Notes: generated by a model from the letters alone, not told the origin. A stretch of 62,963 bases of DNA, filler included, from Reticulomyxa filosa (GCA_000512085.1; 17 parts of 17 records of this genome joined end to end with filler, not necessarily neighbours in it), one strand, 5' to 3'. Shown: positions 1 through 13,886, numbered from the whole stretch's first letter. Program-made: numbers and translations.

Positions 1-699
1 TTTGCAATCTACTGTAAACAAGCAAATCATTACTAACTGTGAAGTGTCCCATATACGCACTTCTGTCTTCATGTGAGTTGATACTATTGTATTTTTATCA
101 TCTCTTCCTCCAATGACGTGTATATAATTGTCTTGTTCACTCAATATTGCAATACAATCATCCAATGGACTGTGTAAAGTGCTTTGAAATGTCATCTATT
201 TGTTTTCTCGAATTGAATACTTGTGCACTGATTTTGAAATAACACAGTCATTGTTATTCCATCCGCCAAAGAACAAGATGACATCATTGATACACACATG
301 CATATTTACATAATGGTACAATATCCTCACAAACAGGTAGTTGATGAAATTGAAAAGTGTTGTTGTCTTCATCATATTTAATTGATAATCCTGTGTTTTT
401 ACAAAACAACAGCAGTTGATAATTTTGTTTATTTATTTTCATCATTTCTTGTTCATTTTCTGACTTTGATACAAAGCAATGATATTGAATATTATTCTTA
501 GTTAGCAATGCATCTTGTTTAATAAATTGAAATGTACTTAAATCAAACACACTAATATTAATCGAAAAGTGATAAATAGCAAATGAGATTCTTTAAGTGA
601 AATAGGCAACTTCTTCAAAGTTTGAAAGTGATTAACAAGATGCTGACTTTGTATATCTTCTTTTTCATGAGATTTTTGTGTTGTATTTCGGTTACCCAT
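1..699 (-). pseudogene. Disabled copy of the Kelch-like beta-propeller family (paralog of 13887-15036)
   Basis: ORF 284-550 (FDLSTFQFIKQDAL..YHCFVSKSENEQEM..SIKYDEDNNTFQF) aligns by eye with 14135-15025. A frameshift near 290 separates CVY from INDVILFFGG, a TAG replaces Trp in RENK*MTF (~196), and the 5' part (ATG at 699, MGNRNTTQK) jumps almost directly to LLFIT, indicating an internal deletion. Confidence 0.75.
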
Positions 700-1793
700 G
701 TTTTAAAAAAAAGACGACGTGATGTAGCCCTTTTGAGAAACCAAAAAACAACATTTCACAAATTATCATACAAAAAGCATAGTACAATAAAAGGTCTTTA
801 AGGATGTCTATTTATTTTAGAAAATGATATTTCCATCAATTATTTGTTAACGTGTATATGATAAACAAAATGAATAAAAATTGTACTATAAATGTTGTTA
901 TTGGATATAATAAAATGTTATGTTTGAAAAGTAATATTTTTGTGGCTTTCATTTCATTTAATTTTCATCACTGAAATCAAATTAATTATTTGAGCTAAAA
1001 GTGAACAAGTAATTACATATCCAAAAATTGAAAAGATCGAGAATTGATTTACAAATACGACAAAACAATGGCATAATACATTTGGCATTCATGCCTCTGA
1101 ATTTAAACACAAAGTGGATTTTTATCCAGAAATAGCTAAAAGTCGGAAAATAATGGATAGTAATGTAGAATACACATAGTGTGGCTCATTAGCCATCTTA
1201 GAATCAAATAGTGCACGCTTAGATGTAGAAAACTTGTTACAATAAATTGTGTAATGCTTTATTTGCAGAAATTGTCTATTTGCTAGAATTTGGAGTGTCT
1301 ACATAAAAAAAAATTTGTCGACTCTGGAAAAAGTTTTTTCATGAAGTTTTTTTGGAAAAAAAAATTTACATTACTTTGCAGAGTAAAAATGCGGTTAATT
1401 GCACAACAAAAACAAAAATCCATTTGAATTTTTTTTTTTTTTAAATTGTTGAAAAAAATTTCTATCAAAATCAGTACCAAGTTTTTTTTTGGAGCAGATT
1501 TTTTGAGGACACTTTTTGATGGATGTGTCCACCTGCTATCAGTGGCTTAAATAAAATTAATAAACTTGGTCAGAATTGATTTTTTTTTAGATACATTCTT
1601 TTATTGGTTTTAATTGAACAAAAAAAATTCAATCGATATAATGAAATATGTTTATAGTTTAGTTTATTTTGTTTGTTATATGTATCTTTTTAAAAAGTGT
1701 TTCTTTTGCAAAATTGTTTCCGTGTCAAAAGAGTCCTTTTGAACATCAAAAATTGTTCTTAAAAAAAAAAATCATTAAACGCTTTTTGTGATA

Positions 1794-2831
1794 ATGGCGA
1801 GTAAGTTGGATTGTCAAAACTTTTTGGATCAGAAGCTCCAAGAAATAACCTCACCTGATACCATTAACAAATATTATGTGCTTGCAAATGATTTTGTGAA
1901 TAACTTGTTGGCAAAACAAAAAGAGATAATATCTAGTAACAAAACTAGTCCATTTTCATGTATTTACGGAGTGATGTTATCAGGATGTGTGCAAAAGCAA
2001 CTGGTAATTCCGAGTATATCTTGTGGATATTTGGTATTTTTATACCATTTAAAAGAAAGACATTTTGATAATAGCAATGTTGAGCCATTCGAAAAAAAGC
2101 ATAAAGATATTCTCAAATGGATGAAACAAAGTATTGAAAAAATGAAAAATGAGTTTGACAAAGACGAAATAAGAATTTTGCGATACTCAAGATCGTCATT
2201 AAGAATAGAATGGAAAGGAGTGGAATATCACATAGCAATAGCATGGACATTTTGGAAAAGACAATATTGTGCATTTGATTACACCCAAAACAATGTTCAT
2301 GTATATAAATTCCTTGCAGAACAATTGCAAATAGCTGCCAGTGATTTGGTCGAGGAAGCCCCAATTCATCAAAGACACATTCGAAAGACGAATGCGCGAT
2401 GGAAAAAATTTTTGGAAAAAAATATGAGTTCGTCATTGTCATTGCTTCGAGTATATTACATGAGAGGGGAATCCATTGGAAAGAATGTCCGATCGGCAAT
2501 CATGTTTTTGAAGATGTGGCAGCACTATCAAATGAAAGGTAAACAACATCTTTCGAATAATTCTTTGGAAATCATGTGTGTTCATTTATTTGACCGATTA
2601 AAAAAAAAGAGCCAATGTGACACTCCAATTTTTTCATTTGATATTATCGCAGAATTCTTTCATTCGATCATGCAATTCAAGAAATGCGCAAGCAAGAAGA
2701 TATTGCCGATGGAATGGCCTTATCAAAAAAACAAATTTCAATGCTTGATTAAATCTAAGCATATCCACAAGTATAAACAAACATTCAATTCTGGTGACAT
2801 TGTCATTTTGGATAACCTCATTATTCGTTAA
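1794..2831 (+). CDS. OAS/cGAS-DncV-fold nucleotidyltransferase-like protein, predicted catalytically inactive (345 aa, intronless)
   Basis: Motifs follow the OAS order: LSGCVQKQLVIPSISCGYLVFL (cf. GS..KGT...SDADLVVFL), GVEYHIAIA (cf. VEFDVLPA), SLSLLRVYYMR..NVRSAIMFLKMW (cf. FTELQRDFLK..LKSLIRLVKHW), LSNNSLEIMCVHLFD (cf. YALELLTVYAWE). Confidence 0.7.
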   Translation: MASKLDCQNFLDQKLQEITSPDTINKYYVLANDFVNNLLAKQKEIISSNKTSPFSCIYGVMLSGCVQKQLVIPSISCGYLVFLYHLKERHFDNSNVEPFEKKHKDILKWMKQSIEKMKNEFDKDEIRILRYSRSSLRIEWKGVEYHIAIAWTFWKRQYCAFDYTQNNVHVYKFLAEQLQIAASDLVEEAPIHQRHIRKTNARWKKFLEKNMSSSLSLLRVYYMRGESIGKNVRSAIMFLKMWQHYQMKGKQHLSNNSLEIMCVHLFDRLKKKSQCDTPIFSFDIIAEFFHSIMQFKKCASKKILPMEWPYQKNKFQCLIKSKHIHKYKQTFNSGDIVILDNLIIR

Positions 2832-3048
2832 GATAAAAAAAGAAAGGAGGCCATAGAGTGGACAAACTAAACTAAAACAAATAAAATTGCTTTGGATATA
2901 TATATATATATATGCATGTAGGGGGGGGGGGGGGACTTTCAGGAAATATTGAAAGTAAGTTTAGACAATGGGAAGATCTCAGCTTATGTGAGTGTCCATT
3001 GGAAATGATCAACAATGGCAAAACATTGCGACTTATCGATTATTATTT

Positions 3049-3148
3049 NNNNNNNNNNNNNNNNNNNNNNNNNNNNNNNNNNNNNNNNNNNNTTAATTAA
3101 TTAANNNNNNNNNNNNNNNNNNNNNNNNNNNNNNNNNNNNNNNNNNNN
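3049..3148. other. Artificial contig-joining spacer (first of 16)
   Basis: Identical 44N+TTAATTAATTAA+44N blocks, which give stops in all six frames, start at 3049, 5579, 11186, 13743, 15037, 17151, 18970, 24823, 26801, 27984, 30371, 31476, 43543, 45850, 48908 and 57901. Confidence 0.98.
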
Positions 3149-3192
3149 AGAAAAAGAAAAAGAAAAAGAAAAAGAAAAAGAAAAAGAAAAAG
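3149..3192 (+). repeat. (GAAAAA)n hexanucleotide microsatellite at contig start, probably intronic
   Basis: About 7 perfect copies ending in AG immediately before the WD40 exon. Confidence 0.9.
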
Positions 3193-4250
3193 TGGTTGAT
3201 ACTTTTACTTTATTTTCATCTGGTTCCACAACTAAACAAATATTAGATGCACGTACCAATTATGTAAAAAGTATTGATTGTTCAACACTTGGCAATAAAC
3301 AATACATTTGTTCTGGAGGACAAGATGGTACAATTATGGTGTATGATATGGAAAAAACTACAGAAATAAAAAGTAAAGCAGCTATAAATTGTGTAAAGAT
3401 ATCAAAATATTATTATAACGTGCTTGGGTATAAGAGTATTTTTGCATCAAGTAACAATAATATTTGTATTTTGGATTTCGAACATAAGTCGTTAAGGAAG
3501 CGTCTCGAAGGACACAGAAAACGTGTCTATTGCATTAACTTTTCACAATTTGATGGTGGTCAATATTTGTGTTCTGCATCTGAAGACTGTACTGTTCGTT
3601 TATGGGATATAGAAAAAGTAAGAATATTACATGTTTTCGAAGGACATGGTCATTCTGTTATGTGCGTGGATATATCACCGTTACAAAGTCATAAGGCGAA
3701 GGATGGTATAAACAATAATATTGGTGGTAGTGGTTACAGTATTTGTTCTGGATCACTTGATGGAACTATTCGTATTTGGGATATTGAAAAAACAAAAGAA
3801 TCAACTGTTTTCAAAGAACATGAAAGTGGAGTGCTTAGCATACAATATGGTTCAAATGAATTAGGAGATATTGGTTGTGCAAACACAATATTATCAGGGT
3901 CAACTGATAAAACCATTCGCCTGTGGGACATTCGAGAAAAGAAAGAAATCAATCGATTCGATGGACATACAAACCGTGTATTGTGTGTTCAATATTCTCC
4001 ATTTGTAAGTGCTAATTCAAATGTAATATGTTCTGGTTCAAGTGATGGTACAGTTAGATTTTGGGATATTCGATCAAGGAAGCAATTGAATTTGTTCCAA
4101 CGAAATGACCATGCAGCTGTTGACGTAACAAGTCTTAAATTTATGTCATTGCAAACGCAAATAAACAATAAACAAATGTCAGACGGTGATTCCAGTATTC
4201 ATCTTTGTTATGGTTCATCCGAAGGTAAAATTTATATTCGTGGATATTGA
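3192..4250 (+). CDS. WD40-repeat protein (5'-partial last exon)
   Basis: Repeated GH..V..(I/L)CS(A/G)S.D.T(V/I)R(L/I/F)WDI motifs, about 7 repeats; lineage-typical inserts SQFDGGQYLCS and YGSNELG..ANTILSGS. Confidence 0.95.
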   Translation: MVDTFTLFSSGSTTKQILDARTNYVKSIDCSTLGNKQYICSGGQDGTIMVYDMEKTTEIKSKAAINCVKISKYYYNVLGYKSIFASSNNNICILDFEHKSLRKRLEGHRKRVYCINFSQFDGGQYLCSASEDCTVRLWDIEKVRILHVFEGHGHSVMCVDISPLQSHKAKDGINNNIGGSGYSICSGSLDGTIRIWDIEKTKESTVFKEHESGVLSIQYGSNELGDIGCANTILSGSTDKTIRLWDIREKKEINRFDGHTNRVLCVQYSPFVSANSNVICSGSSDGTVRFWDIRSRKQLNLFQRNDHAAVDVTSLKFMSLQTQINNKQMSDGDSSIHLCYGSSEGKIYIRGY

Positions 4251-4555
4251 CTTGTTCACGTGAAGGCAAAATAATAACAATTGAAAAAAATTTATAATTA
4301 TTTTTCATTGCCCTTTTTGTAAATAAAAAAAAACCAACACAAATTGTATACAACTAACTTGTTTGTATATACAAATACCAAACGTTTAATCTTTTATTTT
4401 TTTGACAAAGTTACAATTTGTATATGGTTTAACATTTTAAGTAACTACAACAACACATTCCAATGTGCTAGAAAACTTGCAAAATTCTTATTAAATATTA
4501 ATTATTGGTATGACATTTGTGACTTATTTTTTTTGCAAAAAAAAATTAAAAAATG

Positions 4556-5348
4556 ACTTAGTAATAATCTTTACTAGTGATTTGAGCTATTCCAAAATAA
4601 GTCATACTTCAATCGGTGTATCTCAGCATCACTCTTTTCAACATCGCATGTTCTCGCAAATGTATAAGGTAATACCAGATCACTCCAATTATCATTTACC
4701 ACTTTTTCAAAAGAGTTTTCTTTCAATCCCACAAAAACACATACAAAAGAAGTGTAAAAGAAAGTTTTAAAAAAATGCTTTTATTTTCTTTGTACCTGGG
4801 CATTCGATTTAAACATTTTGTATTCAATAATAAGCTCTTGGGAGTTATTCCAATATTTCAAAGCAAGTCGTTTGCCTTCCTCCATCATTTGAAAAGGAAA
4901 TAATGCATCTAATTGATATTGTATTACTGTGGAACTTTCAATTGTCTCACCAAATAACACATATTTCCAACTCTTTTCTTTTCTTTTTTTTTTGTTAATT
5001 TTAATTTGTATAATTTTTGTTTTGTTTTAAAGTAAAAACAAACCAAAACGATATATTGGGGCCAAAGTAATTGATGGTCTCTATCTGTGGATACAATGAT
5101 AAGGAGTTTTGAAAAAAGGGAACAATAGATTTCCAAATATCGAAAGTATCCATTTTCATAAAGGCAGAGTTTGACATTGCTCCAATATTCAATCTATCAC
5201 ACCGAATGGATTCAAAATATCTCTTTACTTTCGAAAATGTGTCTTGGAAGTGTAAAATTATGTACGCCGTAATAGATATAAAACATAAATGTATGTTAAC
5301 ATCATGTAATATTTCTGCAGCTCTTGCGAAAAACATTATTATTATCAT
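4556..5348 (-). pseudogene. Degenerate multi-exon gene of unknown function
   Basis: 115-aa ORF 5001-5348 followed by coding-like segments separated by AT-rich intron-like stretches and interrupted by stops. Confidence 0.3.
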
Positions 5349-8300
5349 TTGAAAAAAATTGGACGTGGGAGGTTATTATCTTTAGTTAAAGGTATTCCAA
5401 TCCATTGACTCTGGGCACGAACAATTGTTTGACACTCGTCTTTTCATTTAAAGATGATTAGGTTGTTTCAATTACAGATTTGCTTTTTTATATAAAAACA
5501 ATCAAAACTGTAACACATTGTGATTTCTGTATAAACATTTATTCCGAATATTTCGGCTTATTATAGCAAATGATATACNNNNNNNNNNNNNNNNNNNNNN
5601 NNNNNNNNNNNNNNNNNNNNNNTTAATTAATTAANNNNNNNNNNNNNNNNNNNNNNNNNNNNNNNNNNNNNNNNNNNNAAAAAAAAAAAAAAATTCCCCA
5701 AAAAATTAAACAAAATTTTGTTTTTGTTTTTTTTTTCCCCGTTGTACTTTCAAACTGTCATTCAATAAAATAAACAATACAAAACAAAATAAAACAAAGT
5801 GATAAACATTTGGGAGGGAGGTTTTTCTTGTTGCTTTTCTTTTATTGGGTTTGGGTTTACACTGGGTGTTTGATCAGCTAATATTTGTTTACTTTTTGGG
5901 TTGTTGTTTTCTTTGTAATTTTTTGGTGTGACATTTGTGCGTTGTTGTGATAAGTGAAGAAGGAACAAAGTGAGAAAGTAATACTGGTTGTGTGTTGTTC
6001 TACGTTTTTGGCTGTTAGTCGATTTATTTTTGTTTTTTGTTTTTTTTTTTTCCTTCTGCAATCAATGGTTATTGTGTTAACAAACAAATGACGCAAACGG
6101 AACAAAAAAAAAAAAGAACACCAAAAAGTTGCAACGAATACAAAAATGTATTCAACTGTTTTTTTGGTGTTTTGTGCGTGTTTAGATTTTTAAAATTTTC
6201 TGTATGTTTTGTTCTGCTTTGTTTGTTTGAACGTAATGACAGTGTTTGATGTTTGACAAACAATTTGCTATTTGAAAAACAGAAGAAGGGAGGGCAATTT
6301 TATATCTTGTATATATGCACCAACCGGCATTATTCCTATTTTGTTAGTTCTTTGTTTTTTCTTTTTAAACTCCAAACGTTTTCAAAAGAAATAAATAAAT
6401 AAAATATTATTCACAATTATAGTTGATTTGCGTATTCATTCTGCAGATATTTTCTTCACATTTTCACTTGACTGTGAAGATGAAACATCATCGAAAATGA
6501 TGCAGTCAACATTTAACATGTTGGCCTCCTTTCCAACTATCAAAATACTTTCAATTTTTTTTTGGTACATAGAACAAACAATTTTGTGTAATGCATCAAA
6601 GCTAAGTTCACAAAAATTGATGTGGTGTTTGATGAAAACGATTCATATCTGTCAAAATATCATCGTTGAAAATTTAAATCTTTTAAGAGAAATTTCAGTT
6701 AACATTTTATTATTTAATCACTTCAATCAAAAAAATATATATTAAAATTGAAAATACACAACAAAAAAGAAAAGGGGTTATTATTATGTAAAATTGTGAC
6801 CAATTTGTGAAATGATGGATAATCAGTTCATCAATGGGAACAGAGTTGTGATAATATTGTCAATATTTCGAAACAATAAAATGCAATTTACTTTGACAAG
6901 ATTAGATAACTTGTTAATATTTACTGATAACATATTTGTGCATTTGAAAAGATTACACAATGAATGCAACAAAAAAATAATGATTAATAAAACAAGTTGT
7001 CTTCATGACAGTATTAAAAGATTTCATTGATACATATACAAAAGAAAATTCAGTAAATTTATAATCTCTTTATGTACAATATGATGACAAACATTTGTAT
7101 TACAAAATCATTCATTTGTCAATATATCATTTTTAAGTAACTTTTTTCTTAATATTCTAAATTATTTTTGATAATAATTATATGCAGAAACTAAACTAAT
7201 TTACATCTATTGTGTTATAACAAAATTAGAAATTATAAAATATTTTAAAAGAAATGTGATGAATATAAAATTAACATATTATCTATGTACAATCATTTTC
7301 TGTGTAATGTTCATTATGATTAATATGAAAAAAAATAAAAAATATATTAATGAAATATCATTGACTTGTGCAACAATTAGACTTATTTTGAGAATGCAAA
7401 TCCGATTATGAAATTGTATTTACATATACAATTCCAATCACATGAAAAAATTATTTTTTAAAGAATATGAGCATTCCAACTGATAAGATTTAAACTATAT
7501 TTTTCAATTCTAATTTCATGAAATTTTTTTAAATTTGCAATTTGGAAAGATAATGTTTACCACATGAAAAAATTTTCATTTTTAAAACTAAAATAATTTG
7601 TATTTGTTCATGTCCAAAAAAAATTTATGAGATATCATTGCTTCATTGTGCTTCCGTTGATGAAGCAAATAAAAAAGAAAATGACAGAAAACTTGTGGTT
7701 TGTCTGTGCATACAACAATTATATAAGTTACTTTTTTCAAAATATATGAAACTTGCTTATCATTCTGAGATAGAGCAAAGGACGCATTTGTATTTTTCTT
7801 AACTCCAAACCAATAACAAAACAAAAACTGCATGTGTATGTATGATACTGATTGTCAAGTAATGAAAGCTTCTGGCACAAATGTATTAAATAGCGCTTTG
7901 ATTTACACTGTCCAAAACAAATCTTCTTTCTTTCAATCCCTTTTTTGTTAGAAATACAATTTTTTAAAGATATTTCTAACATCGATTCAATATAAATATT
8001 TATGCTCTAAATTTTTGCAATAACTAGCACAGATCTAACAAGATCTATTAATGATGTGTAAGCAATACGCGATATAAATTTGACAAATGGCACTACAATT
8101 GATATGTCTATCTCAAAGATCATATGCAATTGACAAAAAAAAAGTTAAACAAAGAGAAATAAAATTACAATTATTCTTCGTTGTGCACAATTTAGGGTCA
8201 TAAGTGCAGCTACAAAAATTGATTGAAACGAATACTTTGTGAGAATTTATCCGAATAGAAAAATATCATTTTAAAAATAATTAAAATTTAAATTATTTAA

Positions 8301-8383
8301 TTTAAATATATTCAATTAAATTTAAAAAACACAAAACATATCATAATACCGGAACCAATGATCACAAATAACAGGACTGCATA

Positions 8384-9830
8384 CTATTCAAAGCACAAAT
8401 GGAACAAACACAAGTTTGTAAATTTGATCATATGACCCAAACACGACAGATTAGAACGAAGACGAGATTTAAAAAAGACTAAACTATCATAACACGAATG
8501 ATATAACTCGAGTATTGCGGCCGTTGTATCTTTAAAAATAATGATTGGCCACTTATGAGGATCGCAGACAACTACATCGTCAAATGTTAGTTGTGCATCC
8601 TTATATTCCAAATAATGTAGACATTTGAATAGTGACGTGATACCACATCACAAAATGCATTCAATTTCTATTAGCACAAACCATGTGGTCGGCAATAGAT
8701 ACATTGAGTGCATAGGAGTCAGCGAGTCAATTGTCCACTGAGTGGACTTTCTCGTTTGCAGGACAGCATAGCGTATTCGACTCCAATGATGCTAGTATTG
8801 CATCGTACAATGTCTACATTTGCATGCGGGACAACGCATTATAGCGTGATTGAGGACTCAACTGATTGCCACGATAATGAGTCCACAATATTAAAAACCA
8901 TAAAATCCACTATGGACTGCGGTGCAAATAACAATAATTCCACCACCAACAAAATATACAATTCCACAATCAATAATAAATTAACAATTAGAAAAAAAAA
9001 AAAAACTAAAAAAACCAATACCACAAACAAAAGCAAAAGGTAGAGCCATTTAAAAAAAATTTAAATAAGATTTTTAAAAAGTGCAAGAGGGGCAACATAC
9101 AAAGGGGGGAAAAAATGCAAGTGGTGCAAATTTCAACCACATGAAAACAAAAACACTCAATAAAATAATAATCGAAATGACATCCCATTTTCGACAGGAA
9201 ATTCCACGTAATTGATACCATACCAATCTATTGAATAAAAACAAAATGATGATTTATTCATTGTAATAGTGAAAAAGAATAGATATTGATTAGATTTAAA
9301 ATAGATAAAGTGATAACTTTAAGGCAATGTCAGCCAAACAGAGATTGTAGGCATTTGGATCTGGTATAATCCTCTACCTCTCTATTGACACAGCTGCTCG
9401 CTGGTAATAGAGGAGGAAGGAGGAGACTATCACGTCCATTACAAATGGACGTCGCTATCTGTCCTGCAAACTTGATCACACGATGACGCTTTGCAAAACC
9501 TTTTTTTGACGGCACAATCTTGTCCGTCGGTGTGGCCTGTGGTTTGCTTTACGCTGTCATCGACACGCCTACCGCATGCAAGGCGCTAAGCATCGTTGCG
9601 ATTATCAATCGCTGCGCCAACGTAAACGCGTATGCGTCGATGGCTGACATTGTGCAACGGGCTCCACGACGAACTGGAAACAATATCCATATCCATACCG
9701 CAATAGCCAACATAATCACTCCAATCCAACATTCGCACATCTCTCTCCATCTCACTGCAACGAATAAACTGGATCTCATCTTCGACACGACGGGCCTATT
9801 TAATTTGAAGTCGAATTTACAACACTCCAA
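8384..9830 (-). pseudogene. Possible decayed multi-pass membrane protein gene
   Basis: GC-richer blocks with hydrophobic segments (WIGVIMLAIAVWIWILFPV; AYAFTLAQRLIIATML) broken by stops; no family recognised. Confidence 0.25.
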
Positions 9831-10503
9831 ACTTTCAAGTTTTACAAAAAAAGATTAGACAATTATTTTAACTTTACTGGAACGATATTGACCAGCTATA
9901 ACCAACAATAACTACTCCACCAGCCAAAAAACGAACAACGTTCTCTTTTTAAAAAAGGGACAAAAAGGCTCACTTTGTTGGAACTTAAAACCTTTTTGGA
10001 ATTTCGGTTATTAGACTTGCCGGGTTCACAAATTGATATCAGTCAAATTGGCAATTATTTACACAAATGTATTGTTATCCAAATGGGAATGATTGTTTGA
10101 ATATGTGTTCTAATATTATGCAAAACCTTTCGAAGTTATTTTGAAACAAAAGAAATTATTTTGAAAAAAAGGCACTATTGCACCGTATTTCCTTAAGACA
10201 TTTTAAGGAAGTGATGCACGTGATGAAATTGACACGATTGGTTAGTTTTTAGGTTATAAGACTGGCATTACCAAAAACAACCTAAAATCAGTTTTTCTTT
10301 GTGTATACCATTTAATTATCAGTCCTTCATTACTGTGTAATGAGTTTGAGATATATTATCAACAGAATAATTTACATTATCTCCCATAGCAGCCGAATTC
10401 AGACTTTCTGCGGCTGAACCACCACCTGAGTTATAAATACGCACATATATACATAAAGCGTTAATTCAGTTTTAGTCTGTTTTTTCAGCCAAAAGCCTAT
10501 GAC

Positions 10504-11100
10504 TTAACCCAAAGAAAAGCTTTGCGGCAGCAATGCATCTTGTTGAATTGTATTTTCATTATCATTTTCATGATTTATATTTTCTTTGTTATTGATTGAT
10601 AGAGTGAAAATATCCCACCATTTTTGACGAGCAGAAGTCAAAAGAGGACTTGTCGAAGAAGACCTCGCATGGGTTCTTTTAATATTTTTTTTGTCATTTT
10701 CGATCCTAAGTGATATTTTTGTGTGTGTGTGTGTGTGTGTGACTGTATGTAACTCATTTTCGCACTCAATGCAATCCAACCAAAATAAAACAAGCAAACA
10801 AACAAACAAACAAACAAACAAAACGAGGATGTAAAAGTAAGATGCATGGAATGTCTTCGATTGTTTTTATTGTATTGCTGATTTTGATTTTGTTTGGGAT
10901 TTTTAGGATAGTAGCCACCACGATAATCAATCATCGATTTTTCTATTCCCAACGAACTATCTTTTAATAATTCGTCGGGCTGGATTAATAACCTCCCTAA
11001 AGAAGTGCCCGTTACCATAGCAGCTTCTCCATATTCCAAAGTTTTCGCAACAATGGCGATGGCCGACGGCAAGCGTCGACGACGACTTTCCTCCGATTTG
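10504..11100 (-). CDS. 3' two exons of a hypothetical protein
   Basis: A GT-AG intron (10824-10706, containing (GTTT)n and (CA)n) joins the LPSAIAIVAKTLEYG frame to IENDKKN...QSFSLG* in phase. Confidence 0.5.
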
Positions 11101-11299
11101 CTATTTGCAGTAAAAAAAAAAAAAAAAAAAAATAGTATGACATTTTAGAAATGGACCCCTTTTTTTCAAAAAAAAAAAAAAAAAANNNNNNNNNNNNNNN
11201 NNNNNNNNNNNNNNNNNNNNNNNNNNNNNTTAATTAATTAANNNNNNNNNNNNNNNNNNNNNNNNNNNNNNNNNNNNNNNNNNNNTTTTTTTTTTTCCT

Positions 11300-13370
11300 T
11301 TAGGCAAATTAACGCGATACGGACTTGATATTATTTTTATTCTCTTCATTATCATTTCTTCTTTCTTCGAACAATCCAGTCCCTGCTGTTTCGATACCGT
11401 AATGTCGATATCGTCTTTTTTTTTTATTTCGCGGTATTTTCATGTTTTTCTTCTGGATGTTGGTGCTGTCCGACTACGAACGAAAGCAAGCCTACCAAGA
11501 AGGATTGAACTGGGACAATTTTTTTCAACTAGTCAAATGCCATCATATGATGGATATTTTCAAAATACGATGTTCATCCACTATTGCCGCCATTATGATG
11601 AGGGACACATACATTTGTGTTGGATCATGGCCAATATTAGAAATTTTTGTGTCCATCGCCATGATTGTCCATTCGACAATATTTCCAATGATGGAAGGAG
11701 GGTACAATTCTTTTTTCTTGTTCATTATTAAATGTATTCATTCTGAGTGCAATGATCCAACGATTTTTTATCACTACGCGATTCATGATTTAAACTTACG
11801 CCAACCCGAACTCAATTTAAGGAAATACACTTGCGATCTTTACTTTATTTTCTCCAAGTGCTGAGGATAATGCAACAAATATAAGGTATTGCGTCGCATC
11901 CGACACATCATTCGTAATCCATAGTCGATATAGTGGACTGTCGAACAAGCGCCGATCATCTTTTCCGAATAACGCAAGGCACAAGACTTTCACAGTGATG
12001 GAGCCAAGAAACGCAACTAACTTTCTTTCTCTTTATATAGTCACAGACAAGCAATATTTATGTCACCCGCAAGCTCACTCCTCACATTAGCAGCACGCTC
12101 ACTATTCGAAATCCAAACTTGCGACTGTGCGCACGCACACGACCCGATTTGACACGAACAGCTGGTATCATTTCTATAACAACTTTGTTTGTTGGGGCCA
12201 ATAAATTGCAGTTTGGCGTGTCTGGAAACGCAAAATCTTCACTCGCGGTCGTGAAGAGCCAATAACCAAACTCAGCAAATCCGGCAGACGAGTTTTTTTT
12301 ATTAAAAATATTCTCTTTCTTACCTTCATCATCATCCACATTATCTTTTTCTTGTTTGCTGATGTGTTGACGGAGTTTCGCACAACTCCTCCGCGAAATT
12401 GAACCACTGTCATGGAACGATCCTGCTGATGTGGTGATTTTCTTGATCGTCAAAAGTGGGTTTTTTTAACAACTTCCTAGCTTTTCACGTTTTCTCTTCA
12501 TCCTTTGCGACACATAATGTTGGTATCTCTACTTTGCGCGTATTAACATCCTTTTTTTTCTCTTGGTAGGCTTGCTTTCGTTATTTGGCTGCTAAGATCT
12601 CTATTGACCGGTATTGATCTGATGGAGTTTGTACTTGCAAACATAATCACACTTGTAATGATAGACAGTTTGCGCGGGTATTTCCAGTGTATCCAACTTT
12701 CAATTTGTGATCTAACGAGGTAGTGAGTTTATTCTTATTTTTTTTTCATTCTTGGGCGTGTTTGTTGCTTCTATCGGTATATCTACGATCCAAACTCCAA
12801 ATTTGAGGATGTGCGCACGCATAAAAATAGTCTATACATATATTTTTTTTTTGTGCTCATAGCAATTGAGTACCATTGTTTTTTGGCGCCGGCAGTCGCA
12901 GTTCGGCCACTCTTTGGCGATGTGCAAATCAACAACTATTTGCAGAGACTTACGTACTTACTCTTATCACGATCAAGTCCTTTATAATCTTCGGGTTTCC
13001 AATGATACATTTCCGTACTTGTTCTGCGTTTTTCACTAGATCACGCTATGATAAGTTAGCCACGCTCGCGAGTGGAGATTTTACGCGTTTCCAGACGAAT
13101 GACAATTTTCATAACTAAATTCAAAAAGCTGCCGACATATTGATCACTGAACAATAAATAAAGATTTTGGCGCTTGTTCGGTAAACTGAAGTCACGCGAT
13201 TGCCACTATCACCACACAAACTAAAAACAAGTTACGTATACGCAACGTACACGACATTAGCGACCAGTCTTTGCTACTCGATTGTCCTTTCCATCAAATA
13301 AAATTGGCGCAAATTTCAGCTTCACTTGATATCTGCCGGCGCCACGAATATGTTTGCTGCTGTTGCTTTG
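11300..13370. pseudogene. Coding-like remnant with many stops, unidentified
   Basis: Higher GC than flanks and short ORFs (e.g. 12082-12453 minus, QEKDNVDDDEGKKEN), but no continuous frame. Confidence 0.25.
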
Positions 13371-13886
13371 CTCTTCACAAACTTTTTCTTCTCATTTTTT
13401 TATCTTTTTCTTTCTTCTTTTTTTCTTTTTATCTTCATTTTATATTTTTTTCTCATTTTCTTTTTTCCACATTGTCATTTTTAATTTTTTATTTTTATTT
13501 CAACATATTTTTTCTTTTTTAATTTTCTAATTCTTTTTTAATATTTTATATCATTTTTAAATTTTTTCTTTTTTTAATAAAATTTTTTTCCAACTTTTTC
13601 CCCCCTTTTTTCACCAGCCCTTTTTCATATTTTACCCCACCTTTATCTTCATTTTTTTCCCCACCTTTTTTCACTACATTTTTTCCCTAATTTTTTATTT
13701 TCACCCATTTTCCAATCACTATCAAATAATAAAAAAAAAAAANNNNNNNNNNNNNNNNNNNNNNNNNNNNNNNNNNNNNNNNNNNNTTAATTAATTAANN
13801 NNNNNNNNNNNNNNNNNNNNNNNNNNNNNNNNNNNNNNNNNNGCTGAAACAACCTTGCTACCATCTGCAGAAAATTCTACACTGTT

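Noticed and set aside
13380-13742. T-rich ORF 13271-13522 and similar low-complexity tracts (5680-6260, 8940-9240)
   Set aside because: Homopolymer-rich sequence, likely low-quality or simple repeat; the F/K-rich ORFs are compositional artefacts.
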